DNA from: a virus
Reading direction: 5' to 3' (one strand)
Length of the DNA stretch: 64,000 bases
IMG/VR virus record: IMGVR_UViG_3300010354_000044
Coordinates: 1-64,000 of that record
Shown here in pieces: positions 1 to 10,551 of this stretch. Every line of letters starts with the position of its first letter. The stretch's first letter is position 1. Below the pieces are notes generated by a model, which saw nothing but the letters and a program-made list of their open reading frames with translations, was not told the DNA's origin and did not search any database. The translations under genes were made by a program, and so were the position numbers.

Positions 1-3000
1 GTCAGTAATAGTGTTATCAGCAACTACCGTTGCATTAATGGCCCCAGCGGCGAACTTAGCATTAGTGATTGCACCAGAAGCAATGGAGCCAGCGTCAATC
101 GCATTGTCAGCGATCTTAGCGGCGGTAATGGCGTCAGTGGCAATAGCATTTGCCGTGATCGCATTGTTGTTAATGGCGCCTACCGTTACCGCGTTAGACA
201 CACTGTTCACTGCACCAGTTACGCTACCGACCGATCCGGTTGTGCTGAAGCTTTGGGAGCTGGCAAGGTTGAAATTATCCTTGTCTGTCAATGCTCTAGT
301 GGCATGGGTCCAGATCTGGCTAGTCGTGGGAATATCGCTAACGGCAGCGGGCAATGCTGGCAGGTTCGCGGTCTTGCTGTTGATGGCGCCGAGCTGGCTA
401 TCCAGATTGGCGCTAGCCAGCCCTACAGCTTGCCGGATCTCGGGACTGGTCAAACCTGTTGTTGCGCCAGTGCCAAACACATCAGCGTTCAAATTAATCG
501 CATAGCTACTGGCGGCAATTCCAGTACTGGTGCCGGGGAACGTAATACTCCCGCCTGCAATGCTGAGGGGTGTCGTGCTGTTGGTATTTTCAACCTCTAC
601 CCGCCCCGCCTGGTAACTGGTGAACGACAGCGCCTCTAGGGTGTCAAAGCTAGCCAGCCGAATGCCTGCTTCTGTGCTGCGCACCCAGCACCACCAGAGG
701 AAAATATTCTGAATCAACTCCACTCCATCGGTATCGTTTGAGTTGATCTGGAGGGTGCCTACACCTTCTAGGGCGATGGTGAATTGAGATAGGCCAGAGC
801 CCGTATTAGCCGGGGTCAGCAATCCGTATTTGTTACTCTGAATCTCACTAGCTGCGACAATAGCTTCATGGACGGATTCTGGTGCAGTTGGGCCAATGGT
901 GGCCCCTACCGCCAATCCAGCGGTGTCGCTCCAGGTGAGCAAGCTATCACGGCTATCGTAGAATACGCTGGCCGTAGCTGTCCCACTGGACTCCGCCCAG
1001 TAGGTAGCTTTTAGGCGAATGGCAATACCGTTGGACTGTACAAGGGATTGGGAGAGGCCAGCACCACCAGATACCACCGTATTGAATAGCTCAGTCTCGG
1101 CTAACAGGGTGAAGCTTCCTGTCCCTTGGCTGGTGAAGTCTACCGGGGTGCCAATAGTGTTTGGAGGAACGGGAATATTGGCGATAGAGGTATAAAGTCT
1201 ACCCCCACTCCAGTAATAGAAGCCACCATCTTTTAGCACACTGCCGGTTGTTGTAGGCAGGGTGGCCCCACTGTTGAGGCTAAAGCGTACTTGGGTCCAG
1301 GGGGCGGCGGTAGCAAAGGCGGCAGGTCTACCCTGGCTATCGTTGCCCAGGGTAATGGTGTCGGTGCTGGTGTTGATGTCTGTGCTGGCAATAGTAAAAC
1401 TCTGTACCCTAGCCGCATAGGCGCGAGTGTCATTTGCAAAGTTTGGGGCGGTTAATAGCTGAGGCTTGGCAATAATGGTGGGCGCCGGTGAGCCGCTACC
1501 CGTGACATTGGCAACTTGGCTAGGCGCTAGCCATACCGTCACCACTCCACCACTGGTATTGCTGATTGTAGCCCCACTGGTAAAGGTCCATCCTGATAGG
1601 TCGTAGGTGCCAGCGGCAGCAATGGCCACGTTGCCCGTAGCCGGGACAATGCCAGCACTGTAGGTGCCAGTCTGGGATAAGGTGATCGTCCCGGTGGTAG
1701 TTAAAGTGTCAGCGAATGTCGCCGTCCTTACCGTGATCGTATTCGTAGAAGTATTGAAGCCGAAGCCGTTTGTGATGATGTTGGTGCCAACGTTCACATC
1801 GCTGACATTATCGTTAAGGGTGATATTTAACGCTCCAGCATTGAGTAACGTACCTGAGCGGGTTACCAGTACGGCCCCTTGGCGAGAGGTGGGCAGATTC
1901 TCAAAGTTGTCATACCACCAGGATTTCGCCCTATCGTAGAATTGCTCCGCTGTGGTGATCTTCGGGTTGCCAGTAGTGCCATACAGATCTACCGTGGCTT
2001 TAGTGGTCTGAGTGATGCTGGCATCGTTTAAGAGCTGCCAGTTGTTTGTCAGGGTGCCATTGCCGGTTAGAGTTAGCTCCTGCTGCTGGGGAAGGTGCAA
2101 GTAGCTACTGGTGTAGAAGTTAAACCGATCATCGCCCTGAATATTTTGTATAACGACAGGATCGTTAGCTGTGGCATTGCTTTGTAGTGGTGGAGCAATT
2201 GTCACAGTATACTCAACGGCATTGTTAACGATAGCCTGCGTGACATCTGTGATCAAATACGTGTTGTTGTTGTGAACTAATGTTTCATTTATCTGCGGAG
2301 CTTTAGATATGGTTATTGCGGTGTTATCTGCTACGCTGCTCGCTAGTTGTGGGTAAATTCCAATTGTATAATCTGCGGCATTCCTAGTAATTGAGATGAT
2401 GCGGTAGTTAGTGGAGCCTATTCTAAACGAACTATACAGAATAGGATCTCCAGAAGAGAATAGCCCCGAGCCATTATCTATATTTATAGAAGTACTTGCG
2501 GAGGCAAAAGCACCATTTACAAACCCTAGGCGGAGAGTATTAGTAAATGTTCCAGCGTTATTGTCGTAAACAACAAGTGAAGTAGAGGTGGATGGGGTTG
2601 CAATGGTTATTGCATTTTTGATAAAACCAGCAATAGTTGCTCCGTTTCTAATATCGAAGAAATTATTTTGAATTGAAATTGTCTCGTTGTTACTTGTATT
2701 ACTGCTTAAAGCCGGGGAAATGGTTAAACTGCAATCAGTTGTAGGATTTGCAACTGCCGTAATAAGATGACGGGTGCCCTTATATAAAAAGCTCCCATTA
2801 ACTTGCGGACCCAATGCCGCAGATGCAAACTGTGCAGATCCAGTATCAGCTTTTACTTTTAGGCTTGTGCCGCTTGATGTGCCGTTAGCGAAAGCTAGTA
2901 TATTTATGCTTCTTGTATTAGGAGAAGCAAAATAAGCTAATACGACCGACTGAGTTATTGTGGCTCCACTGGCATCAGAAGTCCACAAATAACTTTTTTG

Positions 3001-4464
3001 GGTAGATCCATCCCACCTATTTCCGTCAGTAATCTGGACGCTACTAACGCTGGAAAACCTAGGTGGCCAGTTTATATGCTGACCGTTTAATGTATCTCTA
3101 CACTGAACTTTTGCAGCATTGATCGGAGAATTGCTAATATTGCGAAAATAATGAGAAACCTGTTTGTCTACTAATATAAATCCTCCTTGATCTGAAGCAG
3201 TGTCACCCCTTTGAATGACGAGCAGTCCGCTTCCTCTAGCATTATTGGTGACAAGAACGTAATTTCTACCTAGAGTTTGAAAATTTCTCATCAAAAACTC
3301 GGCAGACATATTTAAGCTTCGATAATCTATAAACGTAAAAATCCATTGTTCGTTGCCAACCAGAAAAGCACTAGCCCCATCAAGCAAGATATTGGATAAC
3401 GTTTGATTGGCAGTATTGCTGTTATTGGAGTAACGATAGCCTATAAATGCTGCGCGATTAAAAGTTGCTCGAAGGCTTATAATTTCACCAGTGGCGGCGT
3501 CGGAGCCATTGGTGTTTATAAACGTAGCATTATTAAGTGTGGTTGTCGCGCTATTTTGAAAGGCGATTGCGCTAGCACCCTGAATGGTGGCATTGTTAAT
3601 CGTTAATAGGGTGCCGGAGAAGTTTGCAACAAAAGGGTTGCCTGAGCTGGAATCTCCCTGAATATTTGAAACTAAGGCAGGTGATGGGCAGATAGAGTTA
3701 CTGCCAGTACCCCAGCCAGATCTGACTCCATTGATAGTGACAGTAGATGTAGCGGCTAATATCAAGGCCGCTAACGTGTTAGAGGTTGAAACAGTTGGGC
3801 AGCTAGATGCTAGTACTAACTGTTCTGCCCAGGCATTCCAAGTAAAGGTGCCAGCAATGTTCACTCGGGTAGAGTTTACCGTGTAAACATCAACTCCGGT
3901 AGCACCGTCACCTCGATTGACCAGTACTCCAGGAGAGATAAATGTAACTGCTGCGCCATTGGCAAGGTTTCCGGAAGTGGGTAACGCCGGACTAAATGTG
4001 ACAGTATTCGTGCTAGAGTTCCAAGCAACTACCCGATGAACCGAATCAGTTGCACTTCTGAAAGTACTTAGTAGTGGTATGGCCTGCACAGGGGCAGAGA
4101 TTGTCATTGTGGTAGCACCAACGGCGACTGCTGCCGTTGTGGTGACGTTGATGACCTCACTCCTGAAGGCTGCTAGGCCAGCGAAGGCTGTCCCGATAGT
4201 AGTGTCTGTCCCCGTTTGCAATAGCGGGTTTTGGAAGGTTAGGGATGTGCCAGAGGCAACAGATGGGACTGCTACGCCGGTCTGGGGGAATAGGGTAACT
4301 GTTGCACTGCTGACGACAGTGACGCTGTAGACGGCAGTGCTAATGACAACCTGAGCCCCGATCTGTAATGCAGGGGTGGCGGTGGCTAAATTGGTAGTGA
4401 AGGTTATATTAGAGCCAGAGCTACTAGAGACCGTAGCGGTGACAGTGGTAAAAGCCCAAGCCAT
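1..4464 (-). CDS. Large tail fibre / virion adhesin-like protein, >=1488 aa, runs off the left edge of the window
   Basis: ATG at 4464 (MAWAFTTVTATVSSSSGSNITF...). The frame reaches base 1 in register (...AINATVVADNTITD) and is absent from the ORF track, consistent with no stop in the window. Thr/Ser/Val-rich, with AITAAKIADNAIDAGSIASGAITNAKF-type repeats typical of phage fibres. Confidence 0.75.
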   Translation of the reverse strand, partial: MAWAFTTVTATVSSSSGSNITFTTNLATATPALQIGAQVVISTAVYSVTVVSSATVTLFPQTGVAVPSVASGTSLTFQNPLLQTGTDTTIGTAFAGLAAFRSEVINVTTTAAVAVGATTMTISAPVQAIPLLSTFRSATDSVHRVVAWNSSTNTVTFSPALPTSGNLANGAAVTFISPGVLVNRGDGATGVDVYTVNSTRVNIAGTFTWNAWAEQLVLASSCPTVSTSNTLAALILAATSTVTINGVRSGWGTGSNSICPSPALVSNIQGDSSSGNPFVANFSGTLLTINNATIQGASAIAFQNSATTTLNNATFINTNGSDAATGEIISLRATFNRAAFIGYRYSNNSNTANQTLSNILLDGASAFLVGNEQWIFTFIDYRSLNMSAEFLMRNFQTLGRNYVLVTNNARGSGLLVIQRGDTASDQGGFILVDKQVSHYFRNISNSPINAAKVQCRDTLNGQHINWPPRFSSVSSVQITDGNRWDGSTQKSYLWTSDASGATITQSVVLAYFASPNTRSINILAFANGTSSGTSLKVKADTGSAQFASAALGPQVNGSFLYKGTRHLITAVANPTTDCSLTISPALSSNTSNNETISIQNNFFDIRNGATIAGFIKNAITIATPSTSTSLVVYDNNAGTFTNTLRLGFVNGAFASASTSINIDNGSGLFSSGDPILYSSFRIGSTNYRIISITRNAADYTIGIYPQLASSVADNTAITISKAPQINETLVHNNNTYLITDVTQAIVNNAVEYTVTIAPPLQSNATANDPVVIQNIQGDDRFNFYTSSYLHLPQQQELTLTGNGTLTNNWQLLNDASITQTTKATVDLYGTTGNPKITTAEQFYDRAKSWWYDNFENLPTSRQGAVLVTRSGTLLNAGALNITLNDNVSDVNVGTNIITNGFGFNTSTNTITVRTATFADTLTTTGTITLSQTGTYSAGIVPATGNVAIAAAGTYDLSGWTFTSGATISNTSGGVVTVWLAPSQVANVTGSGSPAPTIIAKPQLLTAPNFANDTRAYAARVQSFTIASTDINTSTDTITLGNDSQGRPAAFATAAPWTQVRFSLNSGATLPTTTGSVLKDGGFYYWSGGRLYTSIANIPVPPNTIGTPVDFTSQGTGSFTLLAETELFNTVVSGGAGLSQSLVQSNGIAIRLKATYWAESSGTATASVFYDSRDSLLTWSDTAGLAVGATIGPTAPESVHEAIVAASEIQSNKYGLLTPANTGSGLSQFTIALEGVGTLQINSNDTDGVELIQNIFLWWCWVRSTEAGIRLASFDTLEALSFTSYQAGRVEVENTNSTTPLSIAGGSITFPGTSTGIAASSYAINLNADVFGTGATTGLTSPEIRQAVGLASANLDSQLGAINSKTANLPALPAAVSDIPTTSQIWTHATRALTDKDNFNLASSQSFSTTGSVGSVTGAVNSVSNAVTVGAINNNAITANAIATDAITAAKIADNAIDAGSIASGAITNAKFAAGAINATVVADNTITD

Positions 4465-4690
4465 TAGCGCTTACCCCGCTGATTTAGTCTAAATTTAGTC
4501 CACCGATGGCACCACCCCACCACAACCCCCACTACGCAGGGGGTTCGCGGCGTTGAATAGTTGCGGGGAGAGCAGATATTCAATAACATTAAATTAGTGA
4601 AAATTTGCAGAATACAACATATATAGCTAATTTACGAGAGGTATTAGTAGTCAATATGCAAAATGTTGGCCAGTATGAGAAATAAGCTTT

Positions 4691-4999
4691 ATGTATGCTG
4701 TATATAGCTTTTCAGGTCTACTAATGGGTAGTAACTCTAGCGCCTCTAGCGAATCACCCTCGTCTGTGCTCCAATCAAAACTAATCGGTCTACTACAGCA
4801 ATTTGCTGGCTGGGCTATTATTGCTGTTACTGCGTACCAGCTCCAAGCAGCCTTCGCTCTAAAGCAAGCGACTAACGATTTACATAACCTACAGCAAGAA
4901 GTTACTGAACTACAAAAACAGCTAGATACCCAAAATAATCGCCTGACTGTGACTGAGGTTATCATCAATGAGCGTTTCAAAGGTTTGGACAATAAATAG
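4691..4999 (+). CDS. Small membrane protein with coiled coil (possible holin-like); start may be 4724
   Basis: One hydrophobic segment (LIGLLQQFAGWAIIAVTAY) followed by a heptad-rich coiled coil; converges with terminase. Confidence 0.45.
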   Translation: MYAVYSFSGLLMGSNSSASSESPSSVLQSKLIGLLQQFAGWAIIAVTAYQLQAAFALKQATNDLHNLQQEVTELQKQLDTQNNRLTVTEVIINERFKGLDNK

Positions 5000-5000
5000 T

Positions 5001-6752
5001 CTATAGGCCGTCATAAATATCCAAGGGGGCAACGGATGTTTCCCAGACTGTATCTTTATAGCGAGTCTTGCCAAACTCTGAGAAATAAGCCGAGCCTGTA
5101 GCCTTAGTCTGCCGTTTTGTATTAAATACAAGTGGCGCAACGTTATAGTCCACAACTTTACCAGCTAACTGCCAGGCCACCCCAGCTACAGCATCCGCCA
5201 TATCCTTTGTAAAATCCTTGGGGTGGTCTATTTTTCTCCCTTTTATCAGTTGAATTCTAACCAGCTCATCAAGTAATAAGTTTCTATAGGGAGAGTCGTT
5301 AGGCAGTATAAGTCTACCCTCATGCATTAGAAGCCGTAAATTCTCGTACATTTCTAACTGTAGCTTCTGGGAAAAGTATAAGGACTCTGCTTTAATACCG
5401 TAAACGCGAAAGCGCTCCAAGGTTTCCCAGGAGTTATGGTGATCTGCTGTTATCTTACGAAGAGGTCTTTTGAGATTAATGCCCAGTAGTATATCCTGTA
5501 CGTTCGTAATAGATACATTTGTGTAAGCCGTAGGCTGCCAGGCCATTAGACCATCTATAACTACAAAGGTGCTGTCGGAGGCCTCCTTAACATCCCTTCT
5601 TTCAGCATGTCCTATAGCTATAGCATAGGCATCGTTTACAATGGCTGGGTCTAAGTGGGCTACTGAAACTGAGCTTGTGCCTACCAATTTAGTAATTTTA
5701 TGCCGCACCAAATCATCCGATCCTACGTACTGTTCAGTGATGATACAGGCGCGCCCGGTAAAGCACCTTTTTACTTCATCTTGGTCAAAGAAGGAATCCT
5801 CCGACGCACTTCGTATTCCTTCGCACTCTAAGGCCGCCCGCTTGGGATTAGTATTGTATTCTGAGGCAATGATTGGGTTCTCTCGGTGGTATATAGGATT
5901 AACATCCCAAGTCCTAAGCCTGTAACCTAACCATGTTTCGTCAATCTGCGATGATTCATACAATTTTTGTATGGAATCATTCTCGTACCATGCCGAAGAA
6001 ATGGCAATACGTTTAGCATCCGCACCGAAACTGATGCCCGAGATACCAATATTTGACCAAAGTTCAAGAGCATTAGACTCGCCATCTACATCCTTAAAAC
6101 GTGTAGCCTCATCCATAATAAGTAGAATAACGGCCTGCCCAACCTGTGAGGAGGACTGAGAGTTACCAGAGTAGATGTAGAGCATCTTCTCGTCATAGGT
6201 TATAGCTTCTTTTCCTATAAATATTTTCTGTTGGTTGATTAAAGATGTGAAATACCTGCACACCCTAACCATACCTGTTATCTGTGCAAAGATGGTACGC
6301 TTGGCCTGGGACGCAGAGGTAGCCAGCGCTAGTATACTAATAGGAGTAGAAGAGGCTATGCCGTAATATTTCTGAGGTTCTGGTATATGGCACAACCTAT
6401 AAAATTCATAGCAAGCAATAATAGAGCCAATAAGACTTTTACCAGACCGGCGACCAGCTTCAATAACCAAAGAGTTATAAGACCTGGGGGAGTCACCGCA
6501 GGTAGTTCTACTCTGCGCTGCCCAACTCTCCAAGATAGACATTTCATTGTCGCTGAGCTCTAAGCCGTAAAAAGTCTTTAGAATTACCCACTGCTGGATG
6601 TTAAGCTCAATCCCCCAGCGCTCATTGTCAATTTCTGTCTCAATAAATTCAACTATATTCTTTACAGTATCACTACTAGCAAATGCTGAATTTAATTCAA
6701 ATGCTAGGTCTTGAAATAAATTTCCACCTGCTTCAAAAAAGGGTTTAGGCAT
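5001..6752 (-). CDS. terL: Terminase large subunit
   Basis: Walker A GRRSGKS, Walker B LLIMDE, nuclease acidic motifs HLDPA and KDMADAVA. Confidence 0.93.
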   Translation of the reverse strand: MPKPFFEAGGNLFQDLAFELNSAFASSDTVKNIVEFIETEIDNERWGIELNIQQWVILKTFYGLELSDNEMSILESWAAQSRTTCGDSPRSYNSLVIEAGRRSGKSLIGSIIACYEFYRLCHIPEPQKYYGIASSTPISILALATSASQAKRTIFAQITGMVRVCRYFTSLINQQKIFIGKEAITYDEKMLYIYSGNSQSSSQVGQAVILLIMDEATRFKDVDGESNALELWSNIGISGISFGADAKRIAISSAWYENDSIQKLYESSQIDETWLGYRLRTWDVNPIYHRENPIIASEYNTNPKRAALECEGIRSASEDSFFDQDEVKRCFTGRACIITEQYVGSDDLVRHKITKLVGTSSVSVAHLDPAIVNDAYAIAIGHAERRDVKEASDSTFVVIDGLMAWQPTAYTNVSITNVQDILLGINLKRPLRKITADHHNSWETLERFRVYGIKAESLYFSQKLQLEMYENLRLLMHEGRLILPNDSPYRNLLLDELVRIQLIKGRKIDHPKDFTKDMADAVAGVAWQLAGKVVDYNVAPLVFNTKRQTKATGSAYFSEFGKTRYKDTVWETSVAPLDIYDGL

Positions 6753-6753
6753 T

Positions 6754-7548
6754 TTAAATAACTAAGGTGTCTAGCTGATAGGTTAATCTAGCTATATTGA
6801 CCGGCGTAAACAACTGAATATATAAAGCAGAATTTTCTGTAAAGTAATTACCTAGACTCATTGTGGTTATCCCTGTATTAGCTAGGTTTAAATCGCCGCC
6901 TATATAAGTGAAGGCTGTGCTATTAATCGCAAATCTAACTAACACACCACGATTCTGTGCCGTGGTTGTCCATTGTGGGAGTAGATGGAGATTAACTAGC
7001 CTGAGTTTAGGTGTTTTTAGTAGTACTGGAATAGCTTGAGCCGGAGTCACTAGAGGAGACTGATTTAGAATAGCAATTAAGTCCGTAGTACTCTGGGGGT
7101 TTAGTATTAAAGGGTTACTTGTGTTTATATCTATGGTGGTCTGATAGCTTCTAGACTGTCCTGCTTGCTTAGTTTCTGGGCTTAAAAATCCTGATTGGGC
7201 GCTACTTAAAGTAAGGACATTGCTCCCAAATGTTGAGGAAATACTTCTATAGATCTTATTATTGACAATTAGAGTACCTATTCCAGTCTCCTGGGCCTGG
7301 GTACTTATCTGTAGTGTTGTAGCCGATACTGCCGTAACTGTAGGGGTGTTGTTTACACCTGTGTACTGAATAACATTATTGCCATTGATATAAAACTCAA
7401 CGGTATCCCCGACCATAATAGGCTCATACAAGAAACTAGCCAGGCATAAATCATGGACGTGCTGGTTATATTTTCTATAGCCTACTTGTAATGGATCAGC
7501 TCCATAACCGGTTATAGTATCTCCGGTATAGATTGAAGGTGTAACCAT
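6754..7548 (-). CDS. Hypothetical virion protein
   Basis: 264-aa ORF tightly packed in the morphogenesis operon. Confidence 0.6.
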   Translation of the reverse strand: MVTPSIYTGDTITGYGADPLQVGYRKYNQHVHDLCLASFLYEPIMVGDTVEFYINGNNVIQYTGVNNTPTVTAVSATTLQISTQAQETGIGTLIVNNKIYRSISSTFGSNVLTLSSAQSGFLSPETKQAGQSRSYQTTIDINTSNPLILNPQSTTDLIAILNQSPLVTPAQAIPVLLKTPKLRLVNLHLLPQWTTTAQNRGVLVRFAINSTAFTYIGGDLNLANTGITTMSLGNYFTENSALYIQLFTPVNIARLTYQLDTLVI

Positions 7549-7549
7549 A

Positions 7550-7984
7550 TTAACTTTCCCAAATAATTAAAGCACCAGGCCTTATACTGTTATGATTCGA
7601 ATCTAATTTAACGGGCTCTTCAAATGCGGAGTAATATAACAGGTAATCATTAGGGCCGTTACCGCTCCATAACCCAAAGTGAGTTACATACCATTCTTGA
7701 TTACCAGGCGGCACAGGCAAGATGATTTCATCCGTATTGTATACTTTAGCTGCAAAGGTTTGGCCTGAAGAAATAACTGGAGGTACCTTAGTCCAGTTCT
7801 GTATTTCAATTCGGCTACCTACAACATTTAACGCTTGTATTTCCAAATCGGCGGGCACTACTCTAGGGTTTTGCGGAACGGAGGTGTCCTGGAGTAGCTC
7901 TATGTAAATACAGCAGGGGCTATCAAGAGGCTGTTGCTTAAAAATATGGCCGAGCAATAGATCTTCAAACGTCGCTGACTTCAT
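7550..7984 (-). CDS. Small tail/fibre-associated structural protein
   Basis: LLGHIF...YIEL...N...I..P...VTHFGLW...LLYY pattern resembles a common small phage tail protein family. Confidence 0.55.
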   Translation of the reverse strand: MKSATFEDLLLGHIFKQQPLDSPCCIYIELLQDTSVPQNPRVVPADLEIQALNVVGSRIEIQNWTKVPPVISSGQTFAAKVYNTDEIILPVPPGNQEWYVTHFGLWSGNGPNDYLLYYSAFEEPVKLDSNHNSIRPGALIIWES

Positions 7985-8379
7985 AAGGGCGAAGAGTACA
8001 CAAACGAGTTAATAGTAAATGGCTGTCCTTGTATCAAGCTTGCCGTCAAGCCCTGTAATTCACTCAACGTCCAGTCGGCCCCGCTGTTCAGCCCCCCAAC
8101 GCTACCTTTCAACAACAGAGTTGGTGTACTATCTATTGTTTTCATAATACGCCATGCAACAGGGACCCCTGTAACCAATACCTGGGTCGGTGCTATTGTA
8201 GTCGCCGTCATTATGCCGTTATTAGGTGCATTGAAGGCCGGGCTACCTAATGTTAGGCTTACCAATTTTAGGCCTCCGAAATTTATATCGGACCAAATTT
8301 CTAAGGTAGCCCCAGCGGCTAATGTTCTTAGCTGTTCGCAAACAGCGTTTCTAACTATTGTGCCGAATTGAACAGCCAT
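7981..8379 (-). CDS. Small virion structural protein
   Basis: RNA...LEIWS...LVSLTL...AF...G...WRI...GSVG pattern common in small phage structural proteins; overlaps the next gene (ATGA). Confidence 0.55.
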   Translation of the reverse strand: MAVQFGTIVRNAVCEQLRTLAAGATLEIWSDINFGGLKLVSLTLGSPAFNAPNNGIMTATTIAPTQVLVTGVPVAWRIMKTIDSTPTLLLKGSVGGLNSGADWTLSELQGLTASLIQGQPFTINSFVYSSPL

Positions 8380-10551
8380 TTAAGTACTCGCTAGTCTGCT
8401 TGTAGGTTCCAGTAGGTCTAGGATAGGGCTTGCCGTATTACCTGTTATAGTTACAACATGCCCCGGGGGTGTAAAACTGGGCAATTTGTTATAGACCCAT
8501 CCAGTTGATAATTTGCATTGAGCGGAGTAGTTAGATAAAGGCCGGATTAAGTAGTCTCTATCTACAGTGGCCTCCACTGGGTCTGCGACTGTTATTAAAC
8601 TACCAGCATCTACATGATATGAAAATCCTGGTGTACTACGTTCTTCGTATTTGTAAAACGTCAGGGCCTTGTCAGCTTCGGCTAGACTCAAGGGCCGCTG
8701 ATAATAAAATAAATCGTCTGAATCCCTTGGGTTTGCGAAGTCAAACTCTTTTGTAGTCCAAACGGATCTTGATTTAATATCATACGGAAGTTTAGACAAC
8801 CAGTAGGTTAAATACGTATAGTTAGGATTAGTAGAGTACCTATACGTATCTGTAGTTACTTCTAGTAGGTTGGAGGCGTCTATATCCAAATTATTTACAG
8901 TTAGAGGTGTTTCTACTACTGCGTCTAGGCCTAAGTCAACCAGGCCCCAGTGGGTAGCTTTTTGCTCTAGAGTCTTTAGTTGATTGTTTATATAAAGCCA
9001 CGTCGCCCAGTGTTTGTCAGACATTAGAAAAGGCTTTGGCCTATAGTTATCTAACTGGTCCGCCTGCAAGAACTGGACGCGATGACTATCCTGCATTATA
9101 AATGTCTGCAAAACAGCACCATAAGAGCCGTCTGCAACCATTTTTAGTAGGCCGCCAATTAAGCCAGTCGTTAAAGTATTCTCATCAGCCCATAAACGGC
9201 CTGTAGGCCACATATATTTTGCCAATTGGTGTAAGTAGGCAGTATAAGCCTTTGCCTCGTCTGCATAAAGATAAAAAGGTGTTTGCCTAACTAAGCGCTG
9301 TGCCTGGCAAGAGGTTAGTGCAATCTGATGTAGGTTTGCTGGGGTTATTGTGCCTAGATCAGGAAAAGTGATGACCTGTAACCCATTTGCGTTAAATGAC
9401 CTGGTTATTCCCAGGGTCGTGAGCTCTGCTGCAGGCAAAATAGAGGCCCATAACAAACTGGCATCTACATCACACCATTTATGGCTCCTTACGTACTGCA
9501 GTTGTTCTGCTACATCAAGATTGTTAATAACCTTCCACAAATAAGTTGTTGCTTGTAAATAACTTTCGGAAGTTCCGTCCGTCGGATGCATGTCCTCTTT
9601 TATAGCTAAGTAAACCCTAGCTGCAGTTTCATGGGCGCCGCTATCATAAACCAATGACAAGAGCTCCCCTAAGGCTATGGATGCCCAATAGGTAGACTTA
9701 ATAGACGGGTCTGGGTCATACACAAATCCGCTTACAATGTCTACGCGCCCTTGTATCTCCGTAGATAACCAACTCAGCAGTTCTTCAAGGGTGTCTGTTA
9801 TTTCTCCCAAAGACAGGCCTACAGCTATTGGCCTATCGCTGTAGTATTTAATAGCTTGCACTAGGGCGTAACTAAACAGGCTCAAGCTGTAGCAAGACAC
9901 TTCATAATTTAATACTTTAGGTTTATACCGGGTAAACTCACCTGGTAAGTACCCAAATTTAGTAAATAGGTAAGCCGTACTCTTAAACAATTCCCCCAGC
10001 AGTAAATCATTTTCTGTACCTAAAGCGTAAATAAATCCATAAGCAAAATCTATTAACGTCGCAGTGCGGCTATTTAACTCTTTACTGGGTACCGCATAGT
10101 TTTGTACTTCCGCTACTAACGTATTGTTTTGATAAAAGGAGGCTACTATATAACCGTCAGGAACTATAGGTTGATAAAAGGTGTTGCTGTAGTACCGATT
10201 AGAGAATACTGTATTCCTAATCAATCGGTCAGATACCTTGGTGACATTGTCTATTGTGTAAACACTACTGGTTACTAAATCTTCAGCTAGTTGACCTATA
10301 TTTAGAGGTTGTGATGTTGTTAGTCCCTGGATTGTATCTGTTACAGTCTTTATCTCCTCTCTTACGCCATCAATAGTTACCAGCGAATCTGTAGAGTACA
10401 CATCATCTACTTGGAGATTCTTTAGGTACTCTATATTTAACGTAATTGCAGTTTCAGTTTGTGTATCAAGATAATAAGCCGTCCGACCTAAGTCAGGTCT
10501 AACGTCCAAGGTGTCCGTTACTCTTAGGTGCGTAAAATAGTAAAGGCTCAT
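8380..10551 (-). CDS. Hypothetical baseplate/tail protein
   Basis: 723 aa, translationally coupled directly downstream of baseplate J. Confidence 0.55.
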   Translation of the reverse strand: MSLYYFTHLRVTDTLDVRPDLGRTAYYLDTQTETAITLNIEYLKNLQVDDVYSTDSLVTIDGVREEIKTVTDTIQGLTTSQPLNIGQLAEDLVTSSVYTIDNVTKVSDRLIRNTVFSNRYYSNTFYQPIVPDGYIVASFYQNNTLVAEVQNYAVPSKELNSRTATLIDFAYGFIYALGTENDLLLGELFKSTAYLFTKFGYLPGEFTRYKPKVLNYEVSCYSLSLFSYALVQAIKYYSDRPIAVGLSLGEITDTLEELLSWLSTEIQGRVDIVSGFVYDPDPSIKSTYWASIALGELLSLVYDSGAHETAARVYLAIKEDMHPTDGTSESYLQATTYLWKVINNLDVAEQLQYVRSHKWCDVDASLLWASILPAAELTTLGITRSFNANGLQVITFPDLGTITPANLHQIALTSCQAQRLVRQTPFYLYADEAKAYTAYLHQLAKYMWPTGRLWADENTLTTGLIGGLLKMVADGSYGAVLQTFIMQDSHRVQFLQADQLDNYRPKPFLMSDKHWATWLYINNQLKTLEQKATHWGLVDLGLDAVVETPLTVNNLDIDASNLLEVTTDTYRYSTNPNYTYLTYWLSKLPYDIKSRSVWTTKEFDFANPRDSDDLFYYQRPLSLAEADKALTFYKYEERSTPGFSYHVDAGSLITVADPVEATVDRDYLIRPLSNYSAQCKLSTGWVYNKLPSFTPPGHVVTITGNTASPILDLLEPTSRLAST

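Noticed and set aside
11-4330. Track ORFs at 11, 253, 1233, 1664, 3403 and 4079
   Set aside because: Antisense or off-frame shadows of the long minus-strand gene 1-4464.
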